Source of the DNA: Octopus vulgaris
Taxonomy: Eukaryota
Direction: 5' to 3'
DNA length: 64,000 bases
NCBI GenBank assembly: GCA_951406725.2
Contig: OX597822.1
Location: 63,116,001-63,180,000, forward strand
This document shows positions 15,060 to 28,009 of this stretch, one piece after another. Below the pieces are notes generated by a model, which was given only the letters and a program-made list of their open reading frames with translations, ran no database searches and was not told the origin of the DNA. The number at the start of each line of letters is the position of its first letter. Positions within the stretch are counted from its first letter, which is position 1. The translations under genes were made by a program, and so were the position numbers.

Positions 15060-16742
15060 TGAGTCTTTATCTGAGTGACCACGTTGTTATCCAGGATTGA
15101 AATAGATTTGGTAGTCATTGTTACTTCTCGACTTGGCACAAACCTTTTTAAATGTCAAACTATCTCCAAGCTGAGATCTGAACAAATCTCTGAGCTTCAG
15201 CATGCTGTTAACTGTTACAGCTTTTCAAATTTCGGATCATCACCTCAGTAACCGACGCAGCATATGAATGAAAAGGTGTTGAGAGTTAACGCCTAGAAAA
15301 CTGAAACCTTTTCTTAGTACTACACTTTCATAATACTACACGAGTAGTTCGCCACAGTTATTTATTTCAGTTACCTAACAAGCAATATTTCCATGACCGC
15401 ACAATGGAGGATAAAATTTTAAGATCACTTCAAGCAAGTCGCTGGAAGAGTCATCCTCTATAGCAAAGTATTTCTTTGACTATAGAGTGGAACAAGTTTT
15501 TAATCTCTTGTATGGGTGCGAAATGTGGATGATATACAGAAGGTAGGTTAAGATACTGGAGACCTTCAACAACAAGTATCTCAAAAATTACTTTCAGTCA
15601 CGTAGCAAGCTAAGTTTACGTACACAGATGTATCCCACCAAACTAACACCAGCAATATTGATTCTATACTATACATGCGTCAAATGATATAGACTGGACA
15701 TATTGTGCAAATAACTGACTCATGACTCTTCCGAAGAAGCCTTTACAGCCAGCTATATCATGATCAATTCCTGTCTCTTTGACGTTCAGAGAAGTTAAAA
15801 ACTATTTTGAAGAAGAGCAATATCAACACTTCTAACGTACGCGTATACATCGCTGCTAGACATGGGACTTAGGATATGGAGCAGAAGCGCATTCATAACT
15901 ACCACAAGAGACATATATGAGGAGTAATATCTAACCGTCAACAAAACAATTCAAAAACCGGATCTTTACCTTTTGACCGACAGATTTAAAAAATAATTTT
16001 TTGTAACTAAACACTTTCAAACTTCAAACACTGGTAGAATGTGTCACATAAAACATCTTTTACTCTTAGCATTTTTGAGAAAAACTTATATTTAGGAAGT
16101 TATTTCACGTTAAAGTTGTAGTATTTCGGTAATTTCAACCAATCAATGACGTGTATTCAGCTGAATAAAATTACTGCCGTTGTTTGTCAAGAACTTCCGG
16201 CGGTGTATATTTTGTTTGTCACTGTTATTTATGACAACCCTAACCCTAAAACCCTCACCCTGACCCTAAAACCTTAACCCTAACCCTAAAACCCTAACCC
16301 TAACCCTAAAACCTTAAAGCTAAAACCAGTACAAACGCACGAACGATGTCATAAATAACAGTGACAAACGAAATATACACCGCCGGAAGTTCTTGTTGAC
16401 AAACAACGGCAGTGATTTTATTCAGCTGAATACATGTCATTGATTGGTTGAAATTACCGAAATAGGACAAATTTTAACGTGAAATAACTTCGTAAATATA
16501 AGTTTTTCTCGAAAATGCTAAGAGTAGAAGATGTTTTATATGACACATTCTACCAGTGTCCGAAGTTTTAAAGTGTTTAGTTACAAAAAATTATTTTTTA
16601 AATCTGTCGGTCAAAAGGTAAAGATCCCAAAAACCAAGTCTTTGACCGATGGTTTTCAGCAAAGATTGGGATCTACAGTCATCGAAGGATCCACACATAG
16701 AATGGAAGATAACCATCATCAAATTTGATGAACAACAATAAG
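15060..16742 (+). mobile_element. Decayed RTE-clade LINE 3' half, interrupted by a foldback MITE
   Basis: ELQHAVNC (YADD region), NLLYGCEMWMIYRR*VKILETF, TGHIVQITDS*LFRRSLYSQL. After the MITE comes the C-terminal FSAKIGIYSHRRIHT* and an RTE-like 3' end. Confidence 0.8.
15960..16627. mobile_element. Foldback MITE: ~278-bp TIRs, 8-bp TSD, (CCCTAA)-type core; Merlin-like termini
   Basis: TIR ggatctttaccttttgaccgacag... and its reverse complement. TSD caaaaacc at 15952-15959 and 16628-16635. Core accctaaccctaaa repeats at 16238-16325. Confidence 0.88.
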
Positions 16743-17199
16743 AAAGTGTGTCTGTGTCTAGGTCTGTAATGAGCGCGCGCGCACGTGAGTGTGTGGTTGT
16801 GTGTGTAATATGAATGTAGCATTTCATTTATACACATTTGGTCGAACGTGTAACTGATAAATATGTCGACCAATTTTATGTTAAGTCTATCATATTATCT
16901 CTCAATAATTGATATATGAGTAAAAATTGAAGAGCGTTGTGGTGGAACCAATCAAATTAAAAATAAAATATTTGAAAGTGTGGATGAGCCTCACACAGAG
17001 AAACCAACTGACACTTACGCTGAAGAGGAAATCGTCTCTACCAGATTATCTGCCAATTAAACATTTCATGATAACTCCGTGAAACATGAATATCATATCG
17101 AAAAGAAACGAACGCGTTCCTGCTGCTAAAGAACCGAAGTAAAATTTAAAACCAACCAAAAGTTTTTTTTGTTGTTTTTTTTTATGTATATATTTAGTT

Positions 17200-17812
17200 G
17201 AAACTTGAAATGAACGAACGATTTATCAATCCGGAAAACTGCAATTAACTTATAGGATGGAGGGATATTCGTGATATATTCTTGAGTTTGCTGAAACATG
17301 ATGGACAAAATGTGGAGAAAGTACAGATAATGGTCTCACAGTGGAGAGAGCGAACATGATAACTGTATCGGATTCAGGTCACATAAAAAATACGTTAAAA
17401 TAGCATAACGATTTCCAACAGAATGTTTAAAATAATACAAGAAGCTAAGCATTACGGTATCTTGGTCGCCTTTATTTAGATTTTAATTGGTTGTATTTTG
17501 GGGAACAATCGTTGACGTTAAATGCTAAAAGTAAGAAGAAATTGAAATAGCCATACAATGATGAGTAGAAGACTTTAGATCAAGAGCAAGAAGAACCAAT
17601 TGGTGAAGAAAAAAGAAGTGATTCACTTATTCAAGGTGGCTTGAAGGCAAAAAATAGATTAAATGCTCTTGATATTAAGAAAAGTGTCTTGGAAAAAAAC
17701 TAAGAGAGGAGTAAGATGATTAGAATTTGCATGACAATGCAAACTAATTATAGCAATCAAAATTGATCAGCACAAACCATCAAAAACAATAACAATAACC
17801 CAGAGAGATGTA

Positions 17813-17868
<56 letters not shown>

Positions 17869-20150
17869 AGCAGATCGATTTTATTCTCATTTTTAAAAAA
17901 ATATCCAAATGGAGATAAAATTCAAGTATTTCAAATGCAGATTTGTACAGCGATCACAAATTTTAAAAAACAAAAAAAGTTGAGCTCAAATCAGTTGCAA
18001 ACAATCAGATTACAAGAATAAAATAAATCTTGAAAAATGTTGGGACCCGAATATTGCAAAAGAGTTCAAAGCACAAGTATGAAGTAAAAGTGGCTTTTTA
18101 GTGCAATTTTCAGTTTTATTGCATTTAGTATTATTGCTTTCAAATATTTAAAAAAAATTTGCAGGAGCCTTTGAAGAAATAATTGTTTCTTCTATGGGTA
18201 AAAGGCCTAAAATTTAGGGGGAGCGGATGAAAAGATGAAATCAAAATCGACTGCATAAGAATTTGAACACAGAGCGTAAAGACGGTGTATTAAACGGTTC
18301 TGCCAGCTCACAGCCTTCCTTTGAAGAAATAATAATCGACAGAAAGTTTACTAAAAGGAAGAACGCTAAGATTTCTTTGATAAATATATTTTAATCAGTT
18401 GTGATGAAAGAAGAGATCTGAAACGGGAACGGTATGAAAAACTAAATAGTGGAAATGGATTATAGATTGGCTAATAGGAAAATAATTAATAAATTATGGT
18501 ACCAAAGACATAGAAAGATATCAAATGTCATAGGGCAAAAAACTCAAGATAGGAATACCAAAGAAATGATATCTAAATGTCAAGTTGTTAAAGATAAATA
18601 TGATAACATACTAAACAAAAGGAATAAAATAAATGATAGATAAAGAGAACACTTTAAAGGAACTTTATTGTCTCAAAGCAGAAGTTTATAACGTGTTAGA
18701 ATAATTAAGAAAGGAAATTCCCTTTAATAAACAGCACGGATCAACAATCACTTCAAACATGTTATACAAGTAATTAGGAAAGTAAATTGCAATAAATCAT
18801 CCGGAACAGTTTACACAAATGCCGAATTATTAAACCCAGGACGTAAATATTTCACTGAGATTCTGCGTGAAATTTGTAATTGTGTTTTATGTGCTGGAGT
18901 AAATCGACATAATAAATTGCTTTGCCACTATCAAAGAAAGGAAACTATCAAAGTAGCGAAAACAGCCGTTCAATTAGTTTTATTAACCACCAAAGCAAGG
19001 CTTTGCTGAATGTTTTATTCTACTGAAACCAATTATAAAAATGGTGGGTAGTAAAAAACAGGTTGGTTTACAAGAAGAGAGAATAACTGTTAATATTCCA
19101 GCAAAAATGTTTGAAATGAGTCAGACTTTTGTCACATCTTTATTGACTAAAAAAAAGGTTTAATTATGTGTGGCAAAGGACGGTAGGGTTTATTATGAGA
19201 AAATATTACATCAGCCTACTACTAATAGCAAATGTTATAAAACCATTATACGAAAACGTAAAATACTTGGTTTTCCCGGCCAATCCATAAAGTAACTGAC
19301 AAATGATAAAGTTGGTATCAGACAACAGCGTGAACTTACACCAAAGCCTTTTAAATTGCTTTTAGATTTATAATGATGGAATCCCTTGAATCATTTCAAT
19401 AGAATATAGAAGTATAAGGTAGAGAAATATATAATCTCCGTTTTGTCGATGGTTTGGGTTTAAGGGAGCAAAATGAAGAACACAAAGATCCAACAACATA
19501 TCTTGATACAACTGCAAACAGATGTGGTATAAGTACTGGGGGAAAAAACTAATAACAAATAGAAAAGGGAAGGTGCTCCAACAAGTTAATGGATTTAAAT
19601 ATTTGATAACAATAACAGAAGAAATCGTATCAGGAAAGAAGTATTGCAATAGCTATGGTGCTTTTGCAAAATCAAATCCTGTCCACAAAAGTAAAATTGT
19701 TATGACAACAAATCGATTTTTAACAGCCGTGGTAATTTTGGTTGCACATTGACTTAGAATCAGAGACGTTAGAAGGTAAAATTCAGAAAAAATTATGGCA
19801 TATGAAACGAAAAGTTATTTTTTAAAAAGGCTTCACATTCCTTATATAGAATAATCGAACTAACAAGAATATTAGGAAAGAAATTGTTCGAATGACTGCG
19901 AACCATGAAACACCTTTGTCGGTTGTCATAAGTGTAGAAAATAAAGGAATTTGGTAATGGGACACGAAACAGCGACACCATCATCTTTAAAAAGTAGAGT
20001 CATGTTCGGACAAGTCCCTTATAGAAGAGAAATAGGACGACCCCGGAGGGGGTGAGTGATGTAAACAGGGAGGAAAATGTTGGAGACATTAAGTCTACTG
20101 AAGAACCAAGGAAGATGAAAGGGGGAAGTTATCTTTTGCTGTACATCTAT
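17200..20150 (+). mobile_element. Old RTE-like LINE remnant (APE endonuclease + RT)
   Basis: Degenerate L..AET.WT..GE and SGES.H...GF (endonuclease); KSSG...AELL, RQLVLL/SLL and LQQVNGFKYL (RT). Many stops. Confidence 0.65.
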
Positions 20151-20759
20151 GACTTTCTTAGGTTATGCGTTATGGTTGATTGATCGCTTCGATCTTATTT
20201 CAAATTTCGCGTTCCTCGTTACAATATTTTATTAGTTTGTACACTTAAAATTACGCGGGAAGTACCAGATTGCAGTCTGGAGTAGGAGAAACTATTTTAT
20301 AGGATTTACGAATATTCTGGTATTCGCCATAAATCTTTGAATAATAAATAACTTACTTGCTGATCAGTTATTGTTGATATGTTATCGTTTTATCTTCTTG
20401 AGAACACCATAGTGAACAACAGTAAAATATATAGCAAGAAATATTATTTCACAACCAAACCATTAGTAGGTATGCTTCACTGTCACAAGTCGTCATCAGC
20501 ATTATTATCACTTCAGTAGTTTTATTTTTATTACCTGCTTTTACAGCCAAGCACAATGCTACGAAGTTTGAGTACAAACACTTTTTGTTTGATTTTTTTG
20601 CGTTTTCTAATATTTTCTTTTAGTTGTCTTATTTTTATTGCGTTATTTTATTTCGCTGCTCTATTGAGTGTAGTTCTGTGTTCTTGTGTAAAGTGCAAGT
20701 GTTTCGTTTTGATTTGGCGCTGTCTACGATCTACGTGATGCTTTGTAGCGCTTATTTTC

Positions 20760-21210
<451 letters not shown>

Positions 21211-21739
21211 GTCTTATCAATGATAAATCCTGAACTATTATTTGTTTGTCGGCATTCCTTTTTTCTTTCCTAAGTTGAGGGGGAATATTTTAGGTCCATT
21301 AAATTAGTATTTAAAATATAGTTCAATATATAATATAAAATATAATGCAGCAAGCTTGCAGAATCATTAGCATTCTGGACGAAATGCTTGGCGGTATTTC
21401 GTCCGTTTTAATCTTCCGAGTCGTCTTAGCCTTTCATCCTTTCGGGATCGATAAAATAAGTACTGGGCGAGCACTGGGATTGATATAATAGACATTCTCG
21501 CTTTGTGCAACTAATATATAAAATGAAATAATGTATTTTACAGGGATTTTTTCTATTGTCAGTCCCCACATCCAAGATATTTCTATTTCCAAATCTTTTT
21601 CTTCGGAGTATTTTACCCCATTCCTTTTAGAGCTACGTTATCGACTATTGGGACTCGAATACCCATTCGAAGGCACTTCCTTCCATTATATCTCTTGTCA
21701 ATAATATCTGACTGTTTAACTTTGACCCTCAATCTGTCA

Positions 21740-22050
21740 GGATTGGTATATCCAACAGTTGTTTGTTCCTTCTCGAGTCACGCCTGGCTCATTAGGGCCG
21801 GTTTCCTGGTTTCCTTGGCGTATAGGTTCTCCACCTGGACGGGACGCCGGTCCGTCGCAGGTGATCTGCAAGATGCAGGAAGAAAGAGTGAGGAAGAGCT
21901 GTGGCGAAAGAGTCAGCAGAGGTTAGCTATTACCTTCTGCCGGAGCCGCGTGGAGCTTAGGTGTTTTCGCTCATAAACACACATATCGCCTGGTCTGAGA
22001 TTCGAACCCGTGAGTCCACTACTCTAACCACTAGGCCATGTGCCTCCACA
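21740..22050 (-). mobile_element. tRNA-derived SINE
   Basis: Reverse A-box TGGCCTAGTGG and B-box GGTTCGAATCT. Shares a segment with 28010-28190. Confidence 0.75.
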
Positions 22051-22099
22051 TTTCCAACAGTACGGTTGCTTTATCATTCTCTGAGGCCTATTTTTGGCA

Positions 22100-23340
22100 A
22101 ATGTTTACACTACCTCTTTTTTCTGTTAGAATTTCATTATGCTGGCATAGTTTATATGTACTAAAAGTCATTCCACTTGCTGTGTTGTCTCTTGTCTAAG
22201 ACTAACTAACCAGAAGCGATACGATCAGCTGTTTTCCCCAAGTTCCACACATTCAGAAGTTACAAAATGTCTTGTTTCATTACACATTTTTGATGTGGCT
22301 TCAGACTAGAAGGCTTCGATTTAATACCAGAATTGTGAATCCTTCAGTCATCTCTATTTTGAATTCTGCGATTTTCAACCAGTGTTGTAACTCACATCGT
22401 CAGCTTCCCGCCTTATCAGTTCAGTATTTTCATGTACTGGATCTGTAGGCATTGGATACATAAATGGCATTATGAAACCCCATTTTTTGTTTAGTTTTAA
22501 AATTTTTATATAATTTATTCTGTTTCTTTTTCTCTTCACAACTAAATATCATTTCACCCTGCATTTTGCATTTATCAGTATCCTTAGAAACAGAAAACAG
22601 GGTTTTTTTCGTGTCGTTTTTATATTTCTATTACTTTTCTATTGTTCTTTACTAGATATGTGTGGAGAACTATAGTGGATATTTTATAATAGCTTTTCTA
22701 GTTACCTACGTGGTCTTCATGCTTCTTTACGTTTTAAAGTTTTTTTATGTCATATTCTGTGTAGCGTATTCTAAATACAGTCATTATTTCCATTTTCAGT
22801 CTATTACAAGTTGAGTTCAGTCAAACATGTAATCATACTACAATATCGATTCCTATAATTTTATATTTTGTATTAGGCGCTATTATAAATATTAATCTAA
22901 TATCCTTGTAAAATTACTTCTCAAACTTTTCTTTCTTTTCTGTTTTCAAGATTTTTACACTGCTTATTTCACTCATCTTAAGTATTTATAAATCCAGTTT
23001 TGGTTTAATACACTTCTCTTTTACTTGACGACCGACTATGGTTTTGTTTGATTGTTCTACGTTATAGCAGATGTATTCAACCTCTGAGGTATTGACATAA
23101 AGACAACTAATTCTGCTGCTTTTCAATGTTATATAAAGCGTAATGACTTTTTAGATGATGCCTACGAAAAGAGCGATATCATCGACATAATCTGTGTTAG
23201 TTATTGTAATGTATGGATGACGACAGACGGCGAATTTTGTTAGAGTGAAGCTGAGTTCTTTAATTAATGAACTGAATTGCGAGGGACGTAACAGATGATG
23301 TATAAGAATAGTGTATCACCTTGCTTTTGAAGAAATCGGC
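22100..23340 (-). mobile_element. Decayed LINE RT remnant (RTE-like)
   Basis: Reverse translation gives QGDTL and TDYVDDIALF. Confidence 0.6.
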
Positions 23341-23649
23341 TGATCACTTTTATTCATGTTTCCAAAATGTTCTTAATTATTGTTTTTAGAAAAGAAACTC
23401 ATTAGGTATTTCTTTAACTATGGATTAGGCTATGAGTAAACCTCATGATTAATTTACATGAAATCACTCCCGGACTCACTGCAGCCCCAGACTCGCGGGC
23501 ATCTGTTTCTTCTCTCTCCCTTTTCTATCGCGATTATAATGCCCTCTGTTCCTCAGAACTAGCTAATTTCATAGTTGGTAACTATTCAGGCGCCACTGAC
23601 TCATTCGTCTCTTCTCTTGACAACCCACTGTAAGAAATTTTCTCGCAAT

Positions 23650-24420
23650 AGAACCTGAATATCAACATGCAGAAACCATTGTAGTATAAAATAAAATCCT
23701 CCTCAGCCAAACCTAAGAAAAAAGAAAGAAGAAAATAAACCGTGTGTGTGTTCCCCACAATCTTCTTTAGAAAAAACTTATCCATTCCTAGCGAAATCGC
23801 AAGGAAGACGTCTGATATGAAAAGTGAAGGAAAACAAATATAAAATAAAATCGATAAAAAAAATGACATCCAAGAAGTAAAAGAAAAGTTTCATCGAATA
23901 TCAGCAAAATCGTGTTCGAAAAGCGTAAGCATTTTTATTCAGAAAAATCTAATTGAATCAAAACCTCAAACATTTAAAGGAAAATTACCGAATGCATAAC
24001 ACTGGATTGCACACGAATATGAACGGAAGTTCAAGCAATGCATAATATGAAACAAAAGCATTTGGCAGAGATAAGGAACACAGCAAGAATTATAGTTAGT
24101 CGGAAAGAAACAGGATCAGAAAAATACAATCACACAGCAAGCATGGCTCCAGATAACAATCAAGAGTATCAGTGATACAATAAAAGCTGTATTCAGCCAG
24201 AGAGCTCTCTGACTTGACAAAGTTTCCAATTTCTAGTTAAAACACCTTGCCAGTACTCGTGAACTTGTGACAACTGAATTCAATGAACTGTAAACAAATG
24301 CAAATTAAGAGATGAATGATTGCTGGTGAAGAAAATATAGTGATTTCTGAAAATAAAAACGCAAGAGATACCAATATTAAAGATCTATAACTTGAATTAG
24401 CATGTCGATCCCTTATGACT
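23650..24420 (+). mobile_element. Decayed R4/Dong-like LINE fragment
   Basis: Degenerate RA..LDKVSNF*LKHL (cf. WKAPGPDGVQGHWIK in the copy at 43.8 kb). Confidence 0.45.
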
Positions 24421-25574
24421 AAAACATCACCACTAGGAAGGTCAAGAAACTTTTAATATACAACTTTGAAGTTGAAAGAAAGCAGGATGAGGTGGATATG
24501 AACGTAAAAACAGTAGCCTATATGTTGTGTGTGAATGTGGGTGTGCTCTGCCAAGATATTTCTACTTTCCATGCCTTATTTAGCTATTTTTATCCATTCT
24601 ACTTTTTTAACGTTTCTTTATATACTTTCCTTGATTATGATTTTATTCTACACAAGGGAGATAATCGTTTTGTCATACTATGAGGCAAGGTTAGAAATTT
24701 GAAATGGAAAATAAGGAATAAGGAAAAAAACATACAGGATTCATATCATTTATTTTTTTATTTACTTACAAGATGTTCTTAAAATTTCTATTTGTTATAA
24801 TTCGTGTATAACACTATTTCGTTCTTTTTATAAACCGTCAGTATGACGTAACCTGTGACATATTATGCTTGCCTTTATATATTTGTTTGTTCTTTGAGAT
24901 ATCGTCTACTCCGTATGTACATTTGTACTTGTGCAAGTGTGCGTGAATGAGTGCATGTATGAACCCTAGTGAGTGAGTGAGTGCATGTATGAAGTGAGTG
25001 AGTGCATGTATGAACCCTATAAGTGTGCTAATAAATTTGTCTTGTCTGTGCCAGTAAAGATGAATGTTTGTCCATGTGTATTCAAGAACACTTGTATTTA
25101 TGTTATCGGTTTATGGCCTAACACTCCTCCTAGGCCAGTACCACAATTTTGACTAAAGCCATCATCATTCGCCCTCACCAGCATTATTACTGCAGTCATC
25201 ATCATTGTGCGAGGGATTTTATCCGACACTCAAACGATTCCGTCAATCCAACGTCTTGGACTGATTCTTTACTAACGACACTAAAACGTTGAAAGATAAC
25301 GATAACCCATGCCGGACTTATTCTTCAAGCGTAGAAAACCGATCGATATCTGAAAAGAATTTTATCGAACGACTTCATAACACTTCTAATTTGGCTACAT
25401 TTTGCGTCGGTAACAAACCCTATATTTTCAGAAATAACAACAAAAACTTGCTAGGACACAACAACCTCCTAAGCAGACCGAGTGTAGATATGAGCAGCAT
25501 ATGGTAACCGGTATTAATGAAGGATAGAAAAATATTAGACTTATAAGCCCTAAAATTCATTCCATAATCGCCCA

Positions 25575-25822
25575 CGGGCATATGGCGTAGTGGTTAAGAG
25601 CGCGTTAAGAGCGAGTTCGATTCCAAGCAGTGACCTGAACAACAACAATAATAATAATAATAATAATAATAACATCGAAAAATACCTTAGGAATGAGAAC
25701 CCAGATTCAAAATTTCCCCAAGACACCTGAAGAAGGCCGGAGGGTATATCAGCCGAAACGTTGTGTTAACAACAAACAAGATGAGGACAAATATCCGTCG
25801 AATGTAAATAATGTAAATAATG
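25575..25822 (+). mobile_element. tRNA-headed SINE-like element ending in a hammerhead-ribozyme motif
   Basis: A-box TGGCGTAGTGG at 25583-25593, B-box GAGTTCGATTCC at ~25613-25624, (AAT)n, HHR motif at 25722-25767, tail (aaataatgt)n. Confidence 0.65.
25722..25767 (+). ncRNA. Minimal type I hammerhead ribozyme motif
   Basis: GACAC-CUGAAGA-A-GGC[cggagggtatatca]GCC-GAAAC-GUU-GUGUU. Stem I GACAC/GUGUU; loopless palindromic stem III. Confidence 0.65.
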
Positions 25823-25889
25823 AACTTTCTGGGCATTTTTAACTTTCTCATAATCATTAATTTGTAAATCTTATGTTATCTTTAGTGCT

Positions 25890-25956
25890 ATACTCTGCCA
25901 GAATACTCTGCCAGAATACTCTGCCAGAATACTCTGCCAGAATACTCTGCCAGAAT
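25890..25956. repeat. 13-bp tandem repeat (atactctgccaga) x5
   Basis: Seen directly; ends 25 nt before the exon acceptor. Confidence 0.95.
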
Positions 25957-25982
25957 AATTTTTCTTTCCTATTTTTCCTCAG

Positions 25983-26133
25983 GTTGGCTGCCGGTTCCTG
26001 TATTTCATAACACGATACTGCCGTAACACCAACTTCAGCTGCATGTTCATCGAAGGATTTTACCTCTACCGTCTACTTACTGCTACTTTTAAGCAACCAA
26101 AACGTTTAGTAGGATACTACTTGTTCGTATGGG
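25983..26133 (+). CDS. Class B1 GPCR exon (TM3-ICL2-start TM4)
   Basis: Polypyrimidine tract + cAG, g|GTAAGT donor. VGCRFLYFITRYCRNTNFSCMFIEGFYLYRLLTATFKQPKRLVGYYLFVW, with the TM3 Cys and the M..EG.YL motif. 151 nt. Confidence 0.92.
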
Positions 26134-26181
26134 GTAAGTGTTGAACTTTTGTTATGTTGCTAGTAATATGAGATGAGTGAA

Positions 26182-27342
26182 AGGGCAGCGAGCTGGCAGA
26201 GTCGTTAGCACGCCGGGCGAACTGCCTAGCAGTATTTTCGTCTGCCGTTACGTACCGAGTTCAAATTCCGCCGAGGTCGACTTTGCCTTTCATCCTTTCG
26301 CGGTCGATTAAATAAGTACCAGTTACGCACTGTGGTCGATATAATCGACTTAATCCGTTTGTCTGTCCTTGTTTGTCCTTTCTATGTTTAGCCCCTTGTG
26401 GATAGTAAAGAAATAGAAATAGGTATTTCGTCTGCCGTTACGTTCTGAGTTTAAATTCCGCCGAGGTCGACTTTGTCTTTCATCCTTTTGGAGTCGATTA
26501 AATAAGTACCAGTTACGCACTGGGGTCGATATAATCGACTTAATCCGTTTGTCTGTCCTTGTTTGTCCTTTCTATGTTTAGCCCCTTGTGGGTAGTAAAG
26601 AAATAGAAATAGGTATTTCGTCTGCCGTTACGTTCTGAGTTTAAATTCCGCCGAGGTCGACTTTGCCTTTCATCCTTTCGCGGTCGATTAAATAAGTACC
26701 AGTTACGCACTGTGGTCGATATAATCGACTTAATCCGTTTGTCTGTCCTTGTTTGTCCTTTCTATGTTTAGCCCCTTGTGGATAGTAAAGAAATAGAAAT
26801 AGGTATTTCGTCTGCCGTTACGTTGTCGACTTTGTCTTTCATCCTTTTGGAGTCGATTAAATAAGTACCAGTTACGCACTGGGGTCGATATAATCGACTT
26901 AATCCGTTTGTCTGTCCTTGTTTGTCCTTTCTATGTTTAGCCCTTGTGGGTAGTAAAGAAATAGAAATAGGTATTTCGTCTGCCGTTACGTTCTGAGTTT
27001 AAATTCCGCCGAGGTCGACTTTGCCTTTCATCCTTTCGGAGTCGATTAAATAAGTACCAGTTACACATTGGGATCGATATAATCGACTTAATCCGTTTGT
27101 CTGTCCTTGTTTGTCCTCTCTGTGTTTAGCCCCTTGTGGGTGGTAAAGAAATAGATATAGGTATTTCGTCTGCCGTTACGTTCCGAGTTCAAATTCCGCC
27201 GAGGTCGACTTTGCCTTTCATCCTTTCGGGGTCGATTAAGTAAGTACCAGTTACGCACTGTGTCGATGTAATCCACTTAATCCCTTTATCTGCCCTTGTT
27301 TGTCCCCTTTGTGTTTAGCCTCCTGTGGGCAATAAAGAAATG
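26182..27342 (+). mobile_element. Family A SINE multimer: one head + six ~190-bp body units, 17-bp TSD
   Basis: Units start near 26232, 26423, 26613, 26803, 26970 and 27160. TSD aatatgagatgagtgaa at 26165-26181 and 27343-27359. Confidence 0.92.
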
Positions 27343-27359
27343 AATATGAGATGAGTGAA

Positions 27360-27668
27360 TGCGCGTGGCTTATTGTTTAGGAGTATTCGGCTCATGATCG
27401 TGAGTTCGATTCCCGGCTTCACGTTGTATCCTTAAGCAACAGGCATTATTTTACGTTACTCCAGTCTGTGAAATAATGGTAAAAATGAGTATTACTTGTA
27501 ATTCAAAGGACCTGCCTCGTCACAGTCTATGTCACTCTGAATCTCCCTGAGAACTATGCTAAGGGTATGCCTGTCTGTGGAAAGCTCAGCCACTTGCACA
27601 TTAATTTCACCAGCAGGATGTTCCGTTGATCAACTGGAGCCCTCGTTGACGGAACCGACGGAAGATCA
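27360..27668 (+). mobile_element. Family C-related SINE
   Basis: gcgcgtggctta..gtttagg...gagttcgattccc head; its 3' part matches the reverse of 515-700. Confidence 0.7.
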
Positions 27669-28009
27669 GTAATATGAAAAGAGGTTGTTTTGATTTTTTT
27701 TTATGAGTTGTTGTTCTTCTTCTTTCAATCAGGACTCACGCCATTAGCCACAAAGAATAGTCTCTAATTCGAACCTACTCTAAGCCACTAAGAATGCGTG
27801 TGACAACTTGAAGATCCGCCCACCACACGCGATAGACTGGCGGCTGCACGGGCGCGAAAGCTACGTTGTTATCCTCATTCCGTAAACGGTGGCTTTTAAC
27901 GAGTAGAGAACTGTACCATCCTGGGGTACAGAGTATTCGCAATCTAGACTAGGGTCTGAAAGTTTACCACACCATAGTGGGTTACACCATGGTTCCTCTA
28001 CTTTGTGAC

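Noticed and set aside
16238-16325. True telomere or chromosome-fusion scar
   Set aside because: The repeats are short, degenerate and single-orientation, and they are enclosed by TIRs and a TSD of a mobile element.
26232-27342. CRISPR-like regular array
   Set aside because: The units are wholly repeated ~190-bp SINE bodies with no unique spacers; the context is eukaryotic and there are no cas genes.
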